Notes: generated by a model not told the origin, from the sequence alone. Positions 24,801 to 38,581 are shown, numbered from the whole stretch's first letter. The stretch is 63,442 nt of DNA, filler included, from Chiloscyllium plagiosum (GCF_004010195.1; 4 parts of one record of this genome joined end to end with filler, not necessarily neighbours in it), one strand, 5' to 3'. A program made the numbers and translations.

Positions 24801-25325
24801 CCTGTTTCTATTTCTCATTATGTGTGGTAGCTTGAGCAACTGGATGGGTCCATAATACACTAAAACATTTTGCTGACTGAAATATTTTTTCTCACATTTT
24901 CACAGAGGTGAGTTTGACTAACATCCTCTAAAATAATCTTCCAATAGTTTAGAAGAAAATTAATTGCGATAGGGAAAGTCGATTCTTTTTCCATTTCATT
25001 TGAAAAAATGCATCAGTGACTTCTGGTTGGGTCCAAAACAAATTACAATTCTTGCTGATTTCATTTTAAAAATTCAAGTGGAAACGATTCCAACAATATT
25101 ATACTTTCTGTACTTCTGAGTTGGAGCTACTGCTATATTTTCTACATTGCCTGCTGCCTTGATAATGACACACACAGCAGAATTTTAATAACTCTGGCGC
25201 CTTTAAATTAACAATTTTTGTTGCAAAATGGGAAGTTGCCAAAGAAACGCATTGTTAAAGCCACTGTCACTTTTTTTTCTATTGCAAACCTGAATTTTTG
25301 GATAAGGAAACTGTTCATTCCAGCT

Positions 25326-25754
25326 TCTGGATCAGTGGTGCTGGAAGAGCACAGCAGTTCAGGCAGCATCCGAAGACAGGCAAAATCGACGTTTCGGGCA
25401 AAAGGAATAAAGGCAGTGAGCCTGAAGGGTGGAGAGATAAGCTAGAGGAGGATGGGGGTGGGGAGAAAGTAGCATAGAGTAGGACAAGTCAAGAGGACAG
25501 TGCTGAGCTAGAAGTTTGGAACTAGGGTGAGGTGGGGGAAGGGGAAATGAGGAAACTGTTGAAGTCCACACTGATGTCCTGGGGTTGAAGTGTTCCGAGG
25601 CAGAAGATGAGGTGTTCTTCCTCCAGGCGTCTGGTGGTGAGGGAGCGGCGGTGGTTTCAGGACATGGTTGAAGATGCTGCCTGAACTGCTGTGCTCTTCC
25701 AGCACCACTAATCCAGAATCTGGTTTCCAGCATCTGCAGTCATTGTTTTTACCA
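25326..25754. mobile_element. Penelope family B inverted insert with 14-bp target duplication
   Basis: TGTTCATTCCAGCT at 25312-25325 and 25755-25768; minus-strand pseudo-LTR plus ORF end, then a plus-strand tail. Confidence 0.88.
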
Positions 25755-27929
25755 TGTTCATTCCAGCTGAATACCACAGTTTGTTAAAGTGACCACTGCA
25801 TAACTGCTCCATTCTTGCAATGTGGAAATTGAGACCAATTACTATCTGTGAGAAGACTTTAGTTAAAAATGCAAATTTGGTGAGGAGATGTCCCAGTGTC
25901 CTGAGATGGAATATCCCCTCATGGGGGCATAAACCAAACTGGTGAATTGGCCAGAAGAAATTTGAAGTGTGAAGTAATTAATTTTGGTTGAGGAATGACT
26001 GAAATCGAGGCAAAGAACTATGGATGCTGGGAATCTGAAATACAAACAGAACGCACTGCAGAACTGAAGAATTAAATTTAGATTTTATTGCCACATGTGC
26101 TTGAGTACAGTGAAAAGTATACAATGTCACCCCACATGCCGCCATCTTGGGTACAAAGTACCTAGGTTCAAAATCTTAATTACAGAAATAGAGAAATAAA
26201 TAAATAAGTTAAAAAGTTTAGCACTACCGTCTTCTTAGCATAAGAGTAGAAAAATAAAAAAATAAAGTTAAAGTGCCAAGTATTATAGTCCTTTCTTGCG
26301 CTATTGTCCTGCAAATGCTCCAAGCTGGGCTTCCCCAAGATGGCACACTCTTCCCTGTGCTGAGCTAAGACTTACCCTGGCACACCAGGCTTCAGCCCCA
26401 ACTGCTGCCTCATCACTACCGCCATCTGAGATCCTGCTGGGCCCCAGCCGTTAGCACACACCATCACTACGGCTACTCAAGGTCTGCGCTGAATCTACAC
26501 TCCCCCACAAAGGGCTCACTTGAGGTCATAAACTCAGACTCAAAACTTGGTTTCTCTCTCCACAGGTGCTGGCAGACATGCTAAGTTTCTCCAGCACTTT
26601 CTGGTTGTATTATTGATTGAATGATACAACTTTAAACATGGCCGAAAAGGAGACAGACTTGGGGTTTTATCACAGAGGATCTGAGAGGGACTTGTCTCCT
26701 GAATCTCATGCTCTGTGGAGAAGAGAAGGGGAGGTGACAGCCTAGTGGCATTATCACTGGACTGTTAACCCAAAGACCCAGTTTGACTCCCACCATGGCA
26801 AATGGCGGAATTTGAATTTGATAAAATCTGGAATTTAGAGTCTAATGATGATCATGAAATCATTGCTGATTGCCAGCAAAAACCATCTGGTTCGCTAATG
26901 TCCTTTAGGGAAAGAAATTATCATCCTTACCTGGTCTGGCCTACATGTGACTCAGCAGTGTGGTTGACCCTGGATTGCACTCTGGCCAATTAGAGATGGG
27001 TAAGAAATGCGAGTCTAGCCAGTGACACCTCACTCCATGAATGAATTTAAAAAAAGGACTAAAGGTACTCTGCAAGTCAGCCTGGTCTCACTGAAACTTG
27101 TGGCTGTCCCAAGGGTTGGGGAAATCACGCAAAGCAGATTAAAACTGACACTTCTAGTCTTATTTACTCGTGCAAAATGCTCTCATTGCAGAGTAACCTG
27201 GCTCACTGTGCATTGTCTCGGTTCAGATACATCTGGAGACCAGCTTTCTGATAGGTTATACCTTTAGTCAATTTAACCTCAGACCTATACCCAATCCCAT
27301 ACAGATCCAGCCATATTAAAACTTGTTTTACAAAAGACAATATTACGTAAGTTATGTTAAATCTTAATAAACCAATGGAAAAACATCCCTGCTGGAGCAT
27401 TCAACCCAATGCTGCAGCTGTATTTCTGGGAAAGAAATCATAGATTTCATATGGGTGCAGAGGGCAGTAACCACGGGTGAATGAAAATCCTGAGGATAAT
27501 TGGTCGAGGTGTTGAAAATTCTGGAGGTTTCTTGTCGAGTGCAACGGATCAAGCCCTTACAGTAAGGCGATAGTGTCCCTACCTTTGAACAGGCAATCCA
27601 GGGTACAAGTCTCACCTGCTCCAGAGGTGTATCATAGCATCTCCGAACAGGTTAGTTAGAAAGTATTTATAGTAAATGAGGAGAAATAGTTCCACTGATT
27701 ACCAGAAGGAACAAATTTAAGGTAAGTAGCAACATATACAAGGACTCTATGATTCTTGCACCTCTTCATGATTTCCTAGCCTGTTATTTTTCTACATTTT
27801 CTAATTAACGTCAGCATCTGCAGTCCTCACTTTCTCCTAATTAACTGGTAGCCTATAGATTAGAATGTCCAAAAGGCATAGCTCCACAAATTCTGTCTGT
27901 GATTCCTCTTGCATATTCTTTCACTCCAG

Positions 27930-29415
27930 AAAAATGTCCAGATTACAGAGGAGGAAGTGCTGGATGTGTTGAAACGCATAAAGATGAATAAATCCCCAAG
28001 ACCTGATCAGGTGTACTCTAGAACTCTGTGGGAAGCTAGAGAAGTGATTGCTGGGCCCCTTGCTGAGATATTTGTATCATTGATAGTCACAGGTGAGGTG
28101 CCGGAAGACAGGAGGTTGTTGAACGTGGTGCCACTGTTTAAGAAGGTTGGTAAGGACAAGCCAGGGATATACAGACTGATCAGTCTGACATCGGGTGGTG
28201 GGCAAGTTGTTGGAGGGAATCCTGAGAGACAGGATTTACATGTATTTGGAAAGGCAAGGACTGATTAGGGATAGTCAACATGGCTTTGTGCATGGGAAAT
28301 CATGTCTCACAAACTTAACTGAGTTTTTTGAAGAAGTAACAAAGAGGATTGATGAGGGTAGAGTGGTGGACGTGATCTATATGGACTTCAGTAAGGCGTT
28401 CAACAAGGTTCCCCATGGTAGACTGGTTAGCAAGGTTAGATCTCATGGAATACAGGGAGAACTAGCCATTTGGATACAGAACTGACTCAAATGTAGAAGA
28501 CAGAGGTTGGAGGTGTAGGGTTGTTTTTCAGTCTGGAGGCCTGTGACCAGTGGTGTGCCACAAGGATTGGTGCTGGGTCCACTGCTTTGCGTCATTTATA
28601 TAAATGATTAGGATGTGAACATACGAGTTACAGCTAGTAATTTTGCACATTACACCAAAATTGGAGGTGTCGTGGACAGCAAAGAAGGTTACCTCAGATT
28701 ACAACAGGATCTTGATCAGATGAGCCAATGGGCCAAGGAGTGGCAAAAGGAGTTTAATTCGGATAAATGTGAGGTGCTACATTTTGACAGCAAATCAGAG
28801 CAGGACTCATACACTTAATGGTAAGGTCCTGGACAAAGAGACCTTGGAATGCAGGTTCATAGCTCCTTGAAAGCAGAGTCGCAGGTAGATAGGATAGTGA
28901 AGAAGGCGTTTGGTTTGCTTTCCTTTATTGGTCAGAGTATTGAGTACAGGAGTTGGGAGGTCATGTTGCGGCTGTACAGGACACTGGTTAGGCCACTTTT
29001 GAAATATCGCGTGCAATTCTGGTCTCCTTCCTATCGGAAGGATGTTGTGAAACCTGAAGGGGTTCGGAAAGAATTTACAAGGATATTGCCAAGGTTGGAG
29101 GATTTGAGCTATAGGGAAAGGCTGAACAAGCTGGGACTGTTTTCCCTGGATCATCAGAGGCTGAGGGGTGAAGGGCATGGATAGGATAAATAGACAAAGT
29201 CTTTTCCCTGCGGTAGGGGAGTCCAGAACTAGAGGACATAGGTTTAGGGTGAGAGGGGAAAGATATAAAAGAGACCTACGGGGCAACGTTTTCACACAGA
29301 GGGTGGTATGTGTATGGAATGAGCTGCCAGAAGAAGTGGTGGAGGCTGGTACAATTACAGCATTTAAAAGGCATCTGGATGGGTACATGAATAGGAAGTG
29401 TTTGGAGGGATATGG
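27930..29415 (+). mobile_element. CR1 ORF2 RT to C-terminus, decayed
   Basis: SQHGFVHGKSCLTNL, VDVIYMDFSKAFNKVPH, LVRPLL.Y.VQFWSP. Confidence 0.95.
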
Positions 29416-30503
29416 CAAAAGTGAGGACTGCAGATGCTAGTGATTAGTGTCAAGAGTGTGGTGCTGGAAGAGCACAGCAGGTCAGGCAGCATCTGAGGAG
29501 CAGGAGAATTGACGATTTGTGCAAAAGCCCTTCATCCCTGTGGATTCAGATGCAAGTAACTCATCTTTTGGATCCCCCCCCACCACCCAACCCTCAACCC
29601 ATGTGGAATGGTGGCAGGATCCTGGTAGTCCTGATGATTGGAGGTGGTGGCGACATTGTCAATGGCAACAAGAGTGCAGCAGCTTTGGCATTCGAAGCAG
29701 GTCTCACAGGCTGACCTAGACTCAAGGCCATGGCTAGGCCCGGGTGTCTGCATCGGTGGCTGAGTGTTTCAAACATCTTCATGGAACTTAAGACTTTGGA
29801 CTTTAAGATTTGGAGGATTTGTTACCTTCGACCTCTTTTTTAAAATTATATTTTTTTTACAATTCTGGTTTTGTAACCAAATGGCACTGGAGAATGGCGG
29901 CTTTGTACACTTTTCAACGTACTCACGTATTCCTGTACTTGGTTACACAAGACAATAAAATCTAATTCTAATTCTAATTCTAAGTCAGGAGTGTGATAGA
30001 ATGCTCTCCAGTTGCCAGGGCGAGTGAAGGTCCAACATCGCTCAAGAAGCATGTGACCATCCAAGACACAAAGCAGCCCGCTTAAATGGCACCCTATCCA
30101 TCATCTTCAATATTCATTCCTTCCACACAGATGCTCAGTAGCAGCAATGCATGCCACCTACAAGATAAAGTTAAAAATCACACAACAAGAAGTAACAAAG
30201 ATTGATGAAGGCGGAGAAGTAGATGTGATCTATATGGACTTCAGTAAGGTGTTCGACAAGGTTCCCCATGGGAGACTGATTAGCAAGGTTAGATTTCACA
30301 GAATACAGGGAGAACTAGCCATTTGGATACAGAACTGGCTCAAAGGTAGAAGACAGAGGGTGGTGGTGGAGGGTTGTTTTTCAGAATGGAGGCCTGTGAC
30401 CAGTGGAGTGCCATAAGGATCGGTGCTGGGTCCTCTACTTTTTTTTCTGAATTAGTGGTGCTGGAAGAGCACAGCAGTTCAGACAGCATCCGAGGAGCAG
30501 TAA

Positions 30504-30539
30504 AATCGACGTTTCGGGCAAAAGCCCTTCATCAGGAAT
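30504..30539 (-). ncRNA. Minimal hammerhead ribozyme motif (family B), intact core
   Basis: ATTC-CTGATGA-A-GGGC-TTTT-GCCC-GAA-ACGT-C-GATT on the minus strand. Confidence 0.75.
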
Positions 30540-30606
30540 AAAGGCAGAGAGCCCAAAGGGTGGAGAGATAAGCTAGAGGAGGGTGGGGGTGGGGAAAAAA
30601 TAGCAT

Positions 30607-30706
30607 NNNNNNNNNNNNNNNNNNNNNNNNNNNNNNNNNNNNNNNNNNNNTTAATTAATTAANNNNNNNNNNNNNNNNNNNNNNNNNNNNNNNNNNNNNN
30701 NNNNNN
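30607..30706. other. Artificial 100-bp scaffold spacer
   Basis: N44-TTAATTAATTAA-N44. Confidence 0.97.
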
Positions 30707-31342
30707 TAGGAGTTGGGAGGTAACGTTGTGGCTGTACAGGACATTGGTCAGGCCACTGTTGGAATATTACGTGCAATTCTGGTCTCCTTCCTATCGGAAA
30801 GATGTTGTGAAAGTTGAAAGGGTTCAGAAAAGATTTACGAGAATGTTGCCAGGGTTGGAGGATCTGAGCTACAAGGAGAGGCTGAACTGGCTGGAACTGT
30901 TTTCCCTGGAACGTCGGAGGCTGAGGGGTGACCTTATAGAGGTTTACAAAATTATGAGGGGCATGGATAGGGTAAATAGACAAAGTCTTTTCCCTGGGAT
31001 TGGGGAGTCCAGAACTAGAGGGCATTGGTTTAGGGAGAGAGGGGGAATATATAAAAGAGACCCAAGGAGCAACATTTTCACACAGAGGGTGGTACGTGTA
31101 TGGAATGAGCTGCCAGAGGAAGTGGTGGAGGCTGGTACAACTGCAAAATTTAAAAGGCATCTGGATGGGTATTTGAATAGGAAGGGTTTGGAGGGATATG
31201 GGCCAGGTGCTGGCAGGTGGGACTAGATTGGGTTGGGATATCTGGTCGGCATGGACGGGTTGGACCGAAGGATCTGTTTCCATGCTGTACATCTCTATGA
31301 CTCTATGACCAGGTTATAGTCCACCAGGTTTAATTGGAAGCA

Positions 31343-31377
31343 CACTAGCTTTCGGAGCGCCGCTCCTTCATCAGGTG
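31343..31377 (-). ncRNA. Minimal hammerhead ribozyme motif (family A), intact core
   Basis: CAC-CTGATGA-A-GGAGC-GGC-GCTCC-GAA-AGCT-A-GTG on the minus strand. Confidence 0.78.
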
Positions 31378-32475
31378 GTTGTGTCCTACAATATACACTG
31401 CAATAACACACCAAGGCTCCTTCGACAGTTAGTTTCAAACTTATCACATCCACCCTCAAAGACAAGGGCAACAGATTCATGGGAACACCATTACCCTCTC
31501 AGCCACTCACTATCCTTACTTGGAAATCTATTGCTGTTCCTTCACTGTCACTCAGTGAAAATCTTGTAATCACCTCGTTTACAGTGCTGTTAGCGTTACC
31601 TACAGCACATGGACTGGAGCGACTCAACAGGCAGCTCACCCCACCTTCCCCAGGGCAATAAGGGATGAACAATAAATGCTGGCCCAGTCAGCGACAACCA
31701 CATTGTGTGAAAGAATTATATAAAAAAGACGGCAGTTGAAAAAAACAGCTAGCAAAAAACAAGTCAATTTGGAAGAAAGGGAAAGAAGAGAAGGAAATGG
31801 AAGAGACTGTACTTCAGCTGTATCCGAGAAAAATCAAACTCTGACTTCGGGCAAACTCCAATCAGGCAAAGAGCAAAGCTTCCACAAATGATTATCGAAA
31901 CACTGAGAAGATGAAGTGACTGTTTAATTTCAGACTCATTTTGTGCATGTATTAAAAATGCTACTTTTTCAGCAGAATAACTAGCAGCAGAATAAATGCT
32001 TTCAATTGCAAAAAAAAGTAATGTTAGCTTCAGCAGCCCACGCTTAATGTTGGATAAATTCAGCGATCTTCATTTTCCAAGCAGCATTGACAATGTGAGA
32101 GAACTTCACCAGCTATTCAGTAGGACTCAGATATTGACATGAAACGACATGTTACTGAGGTAATCCTTTATTTATCAGATGTGTTAGAATGTGTGCTTTC
32201 CGATGACTTTGTAACAAAAGTATTCCAGGTACCAAGTTATTGCAGATCAGAAATATAAACAAAACAGGGTATCGTTTTGAAAGGCACTGATGAATACAGA
32301 CATATGGGATTTGCATGCAAAAGCCTTCAAAGACTGCAGGACAAGTCAATAACACTTTAAAAAAAACACATCCTAAGCTTTATAAGTAGAGGTACAAAGG
32401 CCAGAAATCAATGGTAAACTTATAAATTGCTCGTTAGAGCTCAGCTAGAGAATTGTCTCTAATTCTGAGTGCATG

Positions 32476-32690
32476 TCATTCTGCTATAATGCGTGTTTGG
32501 TAATTGTGAATTTACTGTAACACGATTGACGAATTATGGACACTGTTTCTAAAGTGTGAATTTTTAAAGCATGTGTTGGCTGTAACGCGATTACATCACC
32601 AATACTCTAAGCGCTGTTTTGAAGCACGATTTTTCCATAACACGGGTTTGCAGAAGAACACAACCATTGTGTTACAGAAAAACTACGTGC
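32476..32690. mobile_element. Degenerate Tigger/pogo-like MITE related to 53011-53240
   Basis: CTGCTATAA, TAACACGATTGACGAATT and GGCTGTAACGCGATT match the reverse complement of the 53 kb element. Confidence 0.55.
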
Positions 32691-33528
32691 ACCACAATAA
32701 AGGATCAATTCAAGGATCTGGAGAGTTGGCACAGGAGATTTGTGAGAATGAGGCCTGGGACTTCTTTGCTTTTTCAGTTTATGGGATATGGGCATCCCCT
32801 CTTGACATTCCCAATTACTATTGAGGAGGTGCTGGTGAGCTGCCTTCATGAACAGCTGCAGTCCAAGTACTCCCACAGTGTTGTTAAGGAGAGAGGTTAA
32901 AGACTTTGAGATGAGGAGGGCGTGGAGATAAAGTTCCAGCTCAGGATGAGGTGCAACTAGAGGGGAATTTGCAAGTATAGGGTTCCCATGTGCCTGCTGT
33001 CTTTCTTGAAATACTTCAGTGAGCTGAAGTGTGAGGAAGTGGATTAATACTGTGTGACTGAAGGTCATTCCTTGTGCCTGAGATTTTTCCACCACTTCAC
33101 ATGTCAGTAAAATGCCAAGGTTTTGGCAGGACATCAAAGCGAGCAGTAACTCTGTTGCAGCTTGAACATTTTAAATCAGGATCCCTTCGCATTGCCTGGT
33201 TAGCAACCTTCCAGCTAAAGGACATGCAGCAGCTTGAGTGAATTTACATGGGGGTTGGATAGACCAAGTTGCTTTCAGTTAAGGAGTTCAGTTTATCTTC
33301 AGTTTAGGAAAGGAACACACACAAGCAGAAATACTAGCTACTTGGAATTGACTCTACTAGTTTAGAGATCCATTTTCTCCTTACATCTCTGTTCCTAGGT
33401 TTGCTATGACCCCAATCACAATTTATCAACAACCATTGACCTGCTTATGTTGTGCGTAGCACACATACTGTTTATCAGGTTCAGGATGACAACATATAAA
33501 GGTTACTGAAAAGAATGGTGATTCCATG

Positions 33529-34294
33529 TATTATAGACCAGACCAAACCTTCTTCAAATATATCAAGGAGGTGGCCGTAGATCCTGACTTTTACCTTATT
33601 TAAAGGCAATTGTAAGGTGCTGTGTTCCAGATATAATTAGATTGGATCATGCTGTTCAGCTTTATGCAAAACACATTTTATTCTTAAAAACCTAAAGAAT
33701 TGCAGATGCTGAAAATCAGAAACAAAAACAGAAATTGCTGAAAAAGCTCATCAGGTCTAGTAGCATTTGTGGAAAGAAGTCAATTAACGTTTCAGGTCCA
33801 GTGACCCTTCCACACACTTCATTCTTACCTTATCGTTAAAATAGAGACAAAAAGAAAGAAGGACTGATAGAACTTTAAAAACTTAACAGAATAATAGATT
33901 ATTTAACTAATAAACTGTAACTGATCCAATATTGGAACATCCCATTAACACAGCCTTCACAAAGGCAAAGCTAGTAAAGTGGATTGTCTGACATGTGACG
34001 CTTCTCCAGTCCAGGAGAAAAAAAACACCAAGAGAAAATTTTAGCAAAGGGAAATGTATTGCAGTTTCCACAAGCAACTTCAAAATTGAAAATGAAACTA
34101 AAGCCCTGGTTTTGTGGGAACCTGACTCCACGCATTCATACTGCATCTATTGTTCAAGCTTTAAAAAAAAATCTCAAGGTCCTCACAAGCTGTTTACTTT
34201 ATTGGCTTGGAAGACACAACTCGTCACCTCTTTCTTAAAATCTATCTTCAAAACAAACCCAGGACATAACCATGAAAGCCATAATATTGTCACA
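33529..34294 (-). mobile_element. Solo LTR (Gypsy-like, 4-bp TSD CATG) with a nested pseudo-LTR fragment at about 33690-33812
   Basis: Minus strand TGTGACA...ATAATA; CATG at 33525-33528 and 34295-34298; homologous to 59360-59927. Confidence 0.75.
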
Positions 34295-34844
34295 CATGTG
34301 AAATAACTTGATTTAAGCCAGTTTATTAGTGCTGGTATAGTCTCTAATGAAATCCCCTCGCTTCTGAGCCAGTCTTCCATTAGAAAAGGCAGAAATGAAA
34401 CTGGATATGGAACTTAGCAATGTAATTACTTTTGCACAGTTAGTTTGTTCAATGAGGACATTATTGTTTCCTCTTAACAAAACCTGACATTTCTGTTCAC
34501 AACGTTAAAGAAGTGTTAATGATATCAGGCAATAACAACTTGAGAGAAAAGCAAGCAAATTGTTTTAAAACTGCACAGGCAATTTGCTCATCCATTTTGT
34601 CACAGGTAAAAAAATCAGACTAAAGTCTGCGGGCCTGATGGATGATGAGCATGTAAATCTCTCATCAAAGAGATTTCTGAAAGTGTGACATGTGTAAGAA
34701 ATAGCTGAAGATTCCATTATGTCTCATTGCAGTCAATCTATTGGGTACTATTTCATTAAGATCTTTTGCTATAGATATCTAGGTAGGGAACAGAGGCAAA
34801 CATTTACATTTTACCTTGTATAGACAAGGCACACCCTCCAAAAG

Positions 34845-35056
34845 GCACTCACCCCCCTGACTAATGCACCTAACACTACAGGCAATTTAGCTTTGCCAAT
34901 TCACCTGACCTGCACATCTTTGGACTGTGGAAGGAAACCCACACAGACACAGGGAGAATGTGCAAACTCCACACAGACAGTTGTCCAAGGTGGGAATAGA
35001 ACCCCGGTCGCTGGCGCTGTGAGGCAGCAGTACTAACCATTAAGCCACCGTGCCAC
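34845..35056 (-). mobile_element. HE1 SINE (partial)
   Basis: GGCACGGTGGCTTAATGGTTAGTACTGCTGCCTCACAG head. Confidence 0.88.
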
Positions 35057-35064
35057 TCCTTAGG

Positions 35065-35710
35065 TTTATCTGAGGAGATTGTGGAGGCATTGGTGGTGAT
35101 GTTTCAGGAATAACTGGTGCCAGGGAGAGTCCCAGAGGACTGGAAAGTGGCTCATGTTTAAGAAGGAAACAAAAACGAAGACAGAAACTATAGGCCAGTT
35201 ATCCTGACCTTGGTCATGAGTAACATTTTAAGGTTCATTATTAAGGATGAGATTGCATGATCAACATGGCTTTGTCAAAAGGAGTCCACACCTGGCAAAT
35301 TTGATGGAATTCTTTGAGGAAGTCATGAGCAAGTTACAAAAGACAGCCAGTGCTCTATTTGGATTTTCAGAAGATCTTTGACAAGGTGCCACACAGGAGG
35401 CTGCTGACTAAGATAGGAGCAAGGGGTGTTAGGGGCAAGGCACTGACAATGGATAGAGGATTGGCTGACTGACAGAGAGCAAAGAGTGGGGATAAAAGGG
35501 TCTTTTTTCATGATAGCAGCTTGTGACTAGTGGAGTTCCGCAGGAGTCAGCGTTGGGACCACAAGTGTTCACATTATACATTAATGATCTGTATGAAGGA
35601 ACTGAGGCCATTGATCAGTTAGCAGATGACACAAAGATAGGAGGAAGGAGAGGGAGTGTTGAGGAGGTCGAGAGATTGCAGAGCAACCTGGACAGGCGAG
35701 GAGAGTGGGC
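35065..35710 (+). mobile_element. Old CR1 RT fragment
   Basis: TSGVPQES.LGP..FTLYINDL...ADDTKIGG. Confidence 0.85.
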
Positions 35711-36819
35711 ACTGTGGATGCTAGGGTGTATTATCTCCTCCTCCAACACCATTTTCAATGTACACCTCCTGTTTTAACAAGTGAGAAGGAAAGGTAGTTG
35801 CTGTTGTACTGCCTGTAGTGGGAAGTGATTGTAATTTGTTGCTTATTTTAGTTATTTAAATTGGGTACTTTTGGTGGTGGGTGGACAGTTATTTGAAATA
35901 CCTGGTATTGGTTAAGGAGGAGGCAGGCATTTCTACTGTTGCATTCTGTAAATAAACCTACAATTAGATAAATGATTGGCTTTTGGCTTACTATCTCACC
36001 ATGCAGCTTCAGTATAAATTTACAAGGAAGGTTAATGCTTTACATATGTGTTATGTGAGTGTGTGCGTGTTATGGGAGTGTGTGCATGTGTTCTGTGAGT
36101 GTGAGAAGCTGAACAATGAAATGAAATTTAACCAGTCTGCGAGAAGACTAAAATATTTGCAATGAAACTATGAGATGTTTATTTACAAAGCATTTTCACT
36201 GGCTTAGCTTTTGCAGTATGGCACAAATCCAGGCTAGCAACTATTATTTGAATCATCCAATTACTGTCCGAAATTTGCTGATTCAGCTTGTTTCAAGCAC
36301 ATCAAACATTTATCACTGATGCCTCAGTGATAAAAACAGCATAAATCACAATCTTTTCCATGGCTAATGTTGTTCAATATTTGTAGATTCTTTTAAAAAC
36401 GCAAGTGCATATCAATCCAGACGATAACATTGTGACAGAAATACTCCATGCCTTGGGATACTACTGTAAATCATATCCAACCAATGCTTTATGGACTTAA
36501 ATGGAGGAAAAATTGCTTATCAGAGGCGATTTTAAGCTTTTGCAAGAGAGGATGCTTTTTGCTTAAAAAAGGTGACAGTATTGAGACATTACAATTGGCT
36601 GATATTCGTAATAAGCAGCTGAAATCAAGCAGCTTGCAGTGTCAAAACCCAAATCAAAATGTCTACTCTTAGATCTAATTTTGCAACTGAACACCATTTG
36701 CTGAGTAATCCTGAGTTCTACATTAACAGTAAATTTAAGGTTATCTTCTTCTCTGAAATTGAAGGAAATTATGAGTTCCATTGTTATGAAGAGCTTTAAG
36801 AGGTTCGGAGTGGCACACA

Positions 36820-38095
36820 TCAACTCCAGTTTCTCAGATTGCCCTGTTCTGTTACAATTCGCCTAACATCACCATAGGCCCACTGCAGATACCATCTCCC
36901 TAGACCTACACTCATCCCTGGAACATCTGGATAACAAGGACACTAACGCCAGATTCCTACTTACTGAGTTTAGTTCTGCCTTCTACACCATAATTCCAAC
37001 AAAACTCATCTCCAAAATCCAAGATCCAGGTCTCTGCTTCCCCATCTGCAACTGGATCCTCGACTTCCTGACCCACAGACGTACAATCAGTAAGGACAGG
37101 CAACAACACCTCCTCCACAATATTCCAGAACACTGACATCCCACAAGGCTGCAAACCCAGCTCCTTCCTATACTCCTGCCCGTGTGTCCAAGTTCAGCTC
37201 TAACTCCATTTACAAATTTGCTGATGACACCACTGGAAAGGGTTGGATCTCAAACAATGACAAAACATTTCAGGAAAGAGCTTAGTGACATTGTGTAAAG
37301 ACAACAACCTCAACCTCAATCTCATCCTCAACATCAGCAAAAATGAAGGGGCTGTCTGTATCAGTGGTGCTGAGATGAAGGTGGTTCAGAGTTTCAAGTT
37401 CTCACGAGTAAAGATCATCAATTTTGATCCATCCATGTTGACATGACACTCAAGAAAGCACACCAAGAAGGTTAAGGAAATTCGACATGTCCACAATAAC
37501 TCTTACCGATTTTCTTACTGATACACCACAGAAAGCATCTGTTCTGGATGCATCATAACTTGGTATGGAAACTGCTCTGCCCAAAACCACAAGAAATTGC
37601 AGACAGTTATGAAAGCAGCCCAATCCATCGCACAAACCAGCCTTCCCCTGTTGACTCGGTGTCAGCCATGATTGAATGGCAGAGTGGACTGAATGGGCCG
37701 AATGGTCTTACTTCTACTCCTATGTCTTATGGTCTTATGGTCTCCACTTCCCGCTACCTTGTCAGTGCCAACATAATCAAACACTCCCTCCCACCCTGGT
37801 TATAATCTCTTCCACCATCTTCCATCAGGCAGAAGATGCAAAAGTTTGAAAACAAATACCACAAGATTTAAAACAGCTTCTTTCCTGCTGTTGTCAGGCT
37901 TATCAACAGACCTCTCACACATTAAAGTTAATCCTTCTCTAACCTTTCCTGCAGCTGTTATACTATATTCTGCATTGTTCGATTACCATGATGCACTTAT
38001 GTAAGGTATGATTTGTCTGGTTATTTCGCAAAACAATACTTTTCAGTGTATCTTGGTACATTCGACAATAATAAATCAAATAAAACAAATCAAAT
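36820..38095 (+). mobile_element. Rex1/Babar-clade LINE, decayed RT to 3' tail
   Basis: LQFA...[19 protein letters not shown]...SSAF.TIIP.KLISK..D.GL...[19 protein letters not shown]; (AATCAAA)-type tail. Confidence 0.85.
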
Positions 38096-38135
38096 GAAAT
38101 ATTTTTTATGCCAACTCTAATGCCTGTTTAATTAC

Positions 38136-38581
38136 TTGGAAGCAGGAGGAGCCTGTTGTTTTTTTCCTTGGGCAATGCCTTAGTTGATCTGATTCGAATT
38201 TGTCAGCTAACCAGCACTCTTTTCCTCCTGTGGTACAAATTGTGGCGATGGTTGGAAATCTGGCATTCCAGATGAATGCAAGATGATGAGATGTTATTCT
38301 CTTCAGCAATATTACATTTTGCGTCCACGGGGAGGGTAATGTTGATCTCCAAGTGAGGAGTGTCTCCTCAGGTGTCAGTAAAATGGCGGCTAATTTGTTC
38401 CAGTTGGAGGACTTTGAAGGAAGATTTGTGATATTTGTGCTGTCTTGTGAGTTGGGTAATGATACTTTCGTGTTCATTTGGTTGGCTTTCAAACTTCCAC
38501 AGGGCTCAGATTTCTTTTTGGTCGCTGATCGAGAACCATATGCCATTTTTAATAAAGTAAGCATAGATTTTATTGAGAAAC
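38136..38581 (-). CDS. Candidate 446-nt exon within a 189-codon ORF in non-repeat DNA; product unknown, possibly decayed
   Basis: Acceptor gccttcacttAG; donor CAA|GTAATT; open phase 1/0 frame FSIKSMLTLLKMAYGSRS...CFQ. Confidence 0.35.

Larger units (their letters stand above)
30189..31308 (+). mobile_element. CR1 5'-truncated copy containing a family B pseudo-LTR and a gap; inserted into a family A pseudo-LTR
   Basis: VDVIYMDFSKVFDKVPH; ORF 30726-31226; (CTCTATGA)n tail. Confidence 0.92.

Noticed and set aside
27204..27250. Possible exon KAGLQMYLNRDNA ending CA|GTGAGC (phase 2)
   Set aside because: No adequate polypyrimidine tract; not included in the gene model
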